Shown here: one piece after another, positions 61,410 through 64,000 of the stretch
Layout of the letters: each line of letters starts with the position of its first letter
Numbering within the stretch: position 1 is the stretch's first letter
Assembly (NCBI RefSeq): GCF_035084215.1
Contig: NC_090363.1
Location: 9,362,001 to 9,426,000 of the forward strand
Direction of reading: 5' to 3'
Length of the DNA stretch: 64,000 nucleotides
Source: Heptranchias perlo
Taxonomy: Eukaryota
Program-made: the position numbers and the translations under genes
The notes under the pieces: model-generated
What the model saw: only the letters and a program-made list of their open reading frames with translations
Told to the model about the DNA's origin: nothing
Database searches by the model: none

Positions 61410-62160
61410 AGTCATAGCATCTTACAGCACAGAAGGATCATTCGGCCCATCGCGCCTGTGTTGGCTCTTTGAAAGAGTTATCCAATTAGTCCCACTTCCC
61501 TGCTCATATACTTATCTAGCTTCCCCTTAAATGCTTCTATGCTATTCGCCTCAACTACTCCTTGGGGTAGAGATTTCCACATTCTAACTACTGAAGAGCC
61601 ATGCAATTAGTCCCCACTCTTCCCCCCTCCCCCCCACTCTTTCCCCCCACTCTTCTCCCCCCGTAGCCCTGGAAATGTTTCCTTTTCAAGTATATATACC
61701 GTACCATCCCTGCTGGGAGGGCAAGGTTCTCCTTTTGAAAGTTACTATTGAATTTGCTTCTACCACCCTTGCAGGCAGTGCATTCCAGATCATAACAACT
61801 CACTGCGTAAAAAAATCCTCCTCATCTCCCCTCTGGTTCTTTGGCCAATTATCTTAATCTATGTCCTCTGGTTACTGACCCTCCCGCCAGTCTCCTCATT
61901 TACTCTATCAAAACCCTTCATCATTTTTAACACCTCTGTTAAATCTCCCCTTAACCTTCTCTGCTCTGAGAACAATCCCAGTTTCTTTAGGCTCTCCACA
62001 TAATTGAAGTCCCTCATCCCTGGTACCATTCGAGTAAATCTCCCCTGCAACCTCTCCGAGGCCTTGACGTCCTTCCTAAAGTGTGGTGCACAGAATTGGA
62101 CACAATACTCCAGCTGAGGCCTAACCAGTGATTTATAAAGGTTTATCATAACTTTCTTAT
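61410..62160 (-). mobile_element. CR1 3' fragments
   Basis: INLYKSLVRPQLEYCVQFCAPHFRKDV...RRLRGDL and CR1 3' UTR. Confidence 0.8.
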
Positions 62161-63039
62161 TTAAGGGATCAGCTCACTGATCAATGCTCTGTAGTTCCAT
62201 TTGAAAAATCAAATCAAATGGAGAGCCCTGCCCTCCCAGCAGGGCTGGTACGGTCAAGGGTGAGATGCACCTAAAGTATTAATCAGAAGCCAAGTTGGAG
62301 CAATAGGTGAGGATAAATCAAATTATGGGCCACAAACCATTCAGAATTATCCCTGTAATAATAAGATAGGATTTCTTAACAGCCCACATGAATAATAATT
62401 CAGTTTATGGAGGAGAACATGTTTTATGTCATGCAAATATGTAATATGAATGAATAAGTATTGAGCATGCATGGAATGGTATTTGTGACTGTATATGAAT
62501 GTGGATTATGTATAGTATGTTCAATGCGGAGAAGATAAAGTGAGGATTAAGTTATGTATGTGCAAGTATCTTGATGAGGACTAACCTAACACCTATTGTC
62601 TTTACTGCCTGGATGTTAGGCATCCCTTGGGCGGAGATATTACAGATCAAGATTGAGAGCTAGTAAAGGAATCCATTTTGTCCATCTTATATTAAGCTCT
62701 AGAAATTAAAAGCCTAAAGTTAAAAGCATGCAGAACTTTGCAGTCTCTGCACAGAGTCAGAAGCAGCCTGCTTTCTAGCTCAGGTTAAAAGCTACAGTGA
62801 ATGGAAAAGACTAAGATTTCCACCTTTATTAACAGTAGTACAAATGATTAATTGGAAGCCTTTTACTTAGACATTACTGCAACCTAGGATGTATAAATCA
62901 AATCTAAGTAGTACTGTAGCCCATTCTCCCCACATCAGAGCTTCCTCCCTTCCTAACTGTATTTACTGTAATAACAATTAGTAGTGGCAAATGTTCCTAC
63001 TATTTCAGTGAAATTATTAAATCCTTACATATTGCACAG

Positions 63040-63141
63040 ATGCAGACAAGAAACGAACACCGGGAGTCGAAGCCAAAGTTCGATATGTTAGCCTTATTGT
63101 TATTTTGATCTTCTTGTGTTTTACTGTGAAAACGCGAAGAG
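63040..63141 (+). CDS. Gene B stalk/transmembrane exon DADKKRTPGVEAKVRYVSLIVILIFLCFTVKTRR
   Basis: Acceptor TTGCACAG, donor AG|GTAAGC, 102 bp, phase 1-1; hydrophobic run followed by KTRR stop-transfer. Confidence 0.82.
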
Positions 63142-63262
63142 GTAAGCGGTAATGGTATGACACCGACAATGGTGCCCTTATGTATGCTGTCTCTGTATTT
63201 GTTATTACTTTCCGAGTATATCATTAACTCCCAGTGATAATGTAAAAATGCTTTCTCTTTAG

Positions 63263-63279
63263 ATCATGAAAACCGATGA
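63263..63279 (+). CDS. Gene B terminal coding exon (DHENR-stop)
   Basis: Acceptor GCTTTCTCTTTAG after a 121-bp intron; phase 1 gives a stop after five codons; ATTAAA at ~63321. Confidence 0.55.
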
Positions 63280-63389
63280 AGGAGTTAATCCTTCGTTCAC
63301 AAACAGCTCAGTTCAGCCAAATTAAAATAATATGTTCGTTTTTGTAACGGTGCCCATTTTATTTCCACTCTTTGTTGCCTTTCATCCAA

Positions 63390-63565
63390 AGTTCTGCGCC
63401 CACTGGGTGGCAATCCCACAGGATCGGGTGGAACGCCGGTTTTACACCTCACCCAACATTACTCTCCGTTGAATTCAATGGAGAGTAAAATCAGGCGGGG
63501 TGTAAAACCAGCGTTGCACCCGATCCCGTCAGTTTCCGGATGAGCGAGTTAGGTTAAAATTTCCC
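63390..63565. mobile_element. Palindromic MITE (same family as 39938-40105)
   Basis: Imperfect palindrome centred on CTCTCCGTTGAATTCAATGGAGAG, ending GGTTAAAATTTCCC. Confidence 0.65.
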
Positions 63566-64000
63566 ATAAGAGTCAGAATTAAAGCAATCGATAAATGTGA
63601 ATGGGAAAATATTGTGTGTTTCCAATACATATAAAATGACAGAATTGTTATCAGGCTTGTTTGTTCTCATTTAGCACAGCTCGGGATTTATAAACCATGA
63701 AATAATTCCGACATAGTCCCCATTCTTCCAATTAACATCAAACTAACTGCTCGGTTTAAGAAAACAAACATTTGCCTAGCTCACAACACGGTTGACAGAC
63801 AGTGCTGCTGCTTAACCTGTGACATTCAATCAGTCAGATAAATAGCCTGTTAAAATGAATAGGATTGATAGATGTTCCACACTGTTCCACACATTTTTTT
63901 AATGTGTAATTATTTTAACATGAGGGCATTGATCTAGACTGTGGAGGTGATTTTAACCCCCAAGAACAGGTGGGTTGGGGGCGGGTGGAAGTTGAAAATA

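Noticed and set aside
62431-62438. Perfect octamer ATGCAAAT in a gene B intron
   Set aside because: A single 8-mer in AT-rich DNA is expected by chance in 64 kb.
60185-63039. Search for a C2 exon in gene B
   Set aside because: No open phase-1 segment with paired Cys and Trp found by eye; the candidate acceptor at ~61263 hits a stop after about 19 codons.

Overview
Repeat-rich vertebrate DNA, most likely from a cartilaginous fish (shark), judged from the Deu-domain SINEs and the CR1, L2 and Penelope families present. Two intron-containing immunoglobulin-superfamily receptor genes can be rebuilt from splice sites and lie head-to-head about 17.7 kb apart. Gene A (minus strand) is CD2/SLAM-family (CD58/CD48-like): leader 41173-41233, Cys-less V 31052-31354, four-Cys C2 20209-20478, TM 19343-19438 and a probable cytoplasmic exon at 15720-15790. 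Gene B (plus strand) is a predicted 188-aa single-V HEPACAM/CEACAM-like protein: leader 58946-59018, V 59810-60184, TM 63040-63141 and tail 63263-63279. It has an Arg at the outer edge of the TM and almost no tail, the pattern of an adaptor-coupled activating receptor. The rest is nested mobile DNA: a nearly full-length young CR1 with intact ORF2 and a tandem-monomer 5' UTR, a Penelope element with inverted ends and TSD, eight minimal hammerhead-ribozyme motifs in Penelope ends showing covariation, a 1078-bp solo LTR, Harbinger-derived and hAT non-autonomous elements, a decayed Gypsy RT, and two large opposed G/C-rich minisatellites. Most short ORFs in the track are TE fragments or repeat artefacts. 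TE boundaries are approximate unless a TSD is given.
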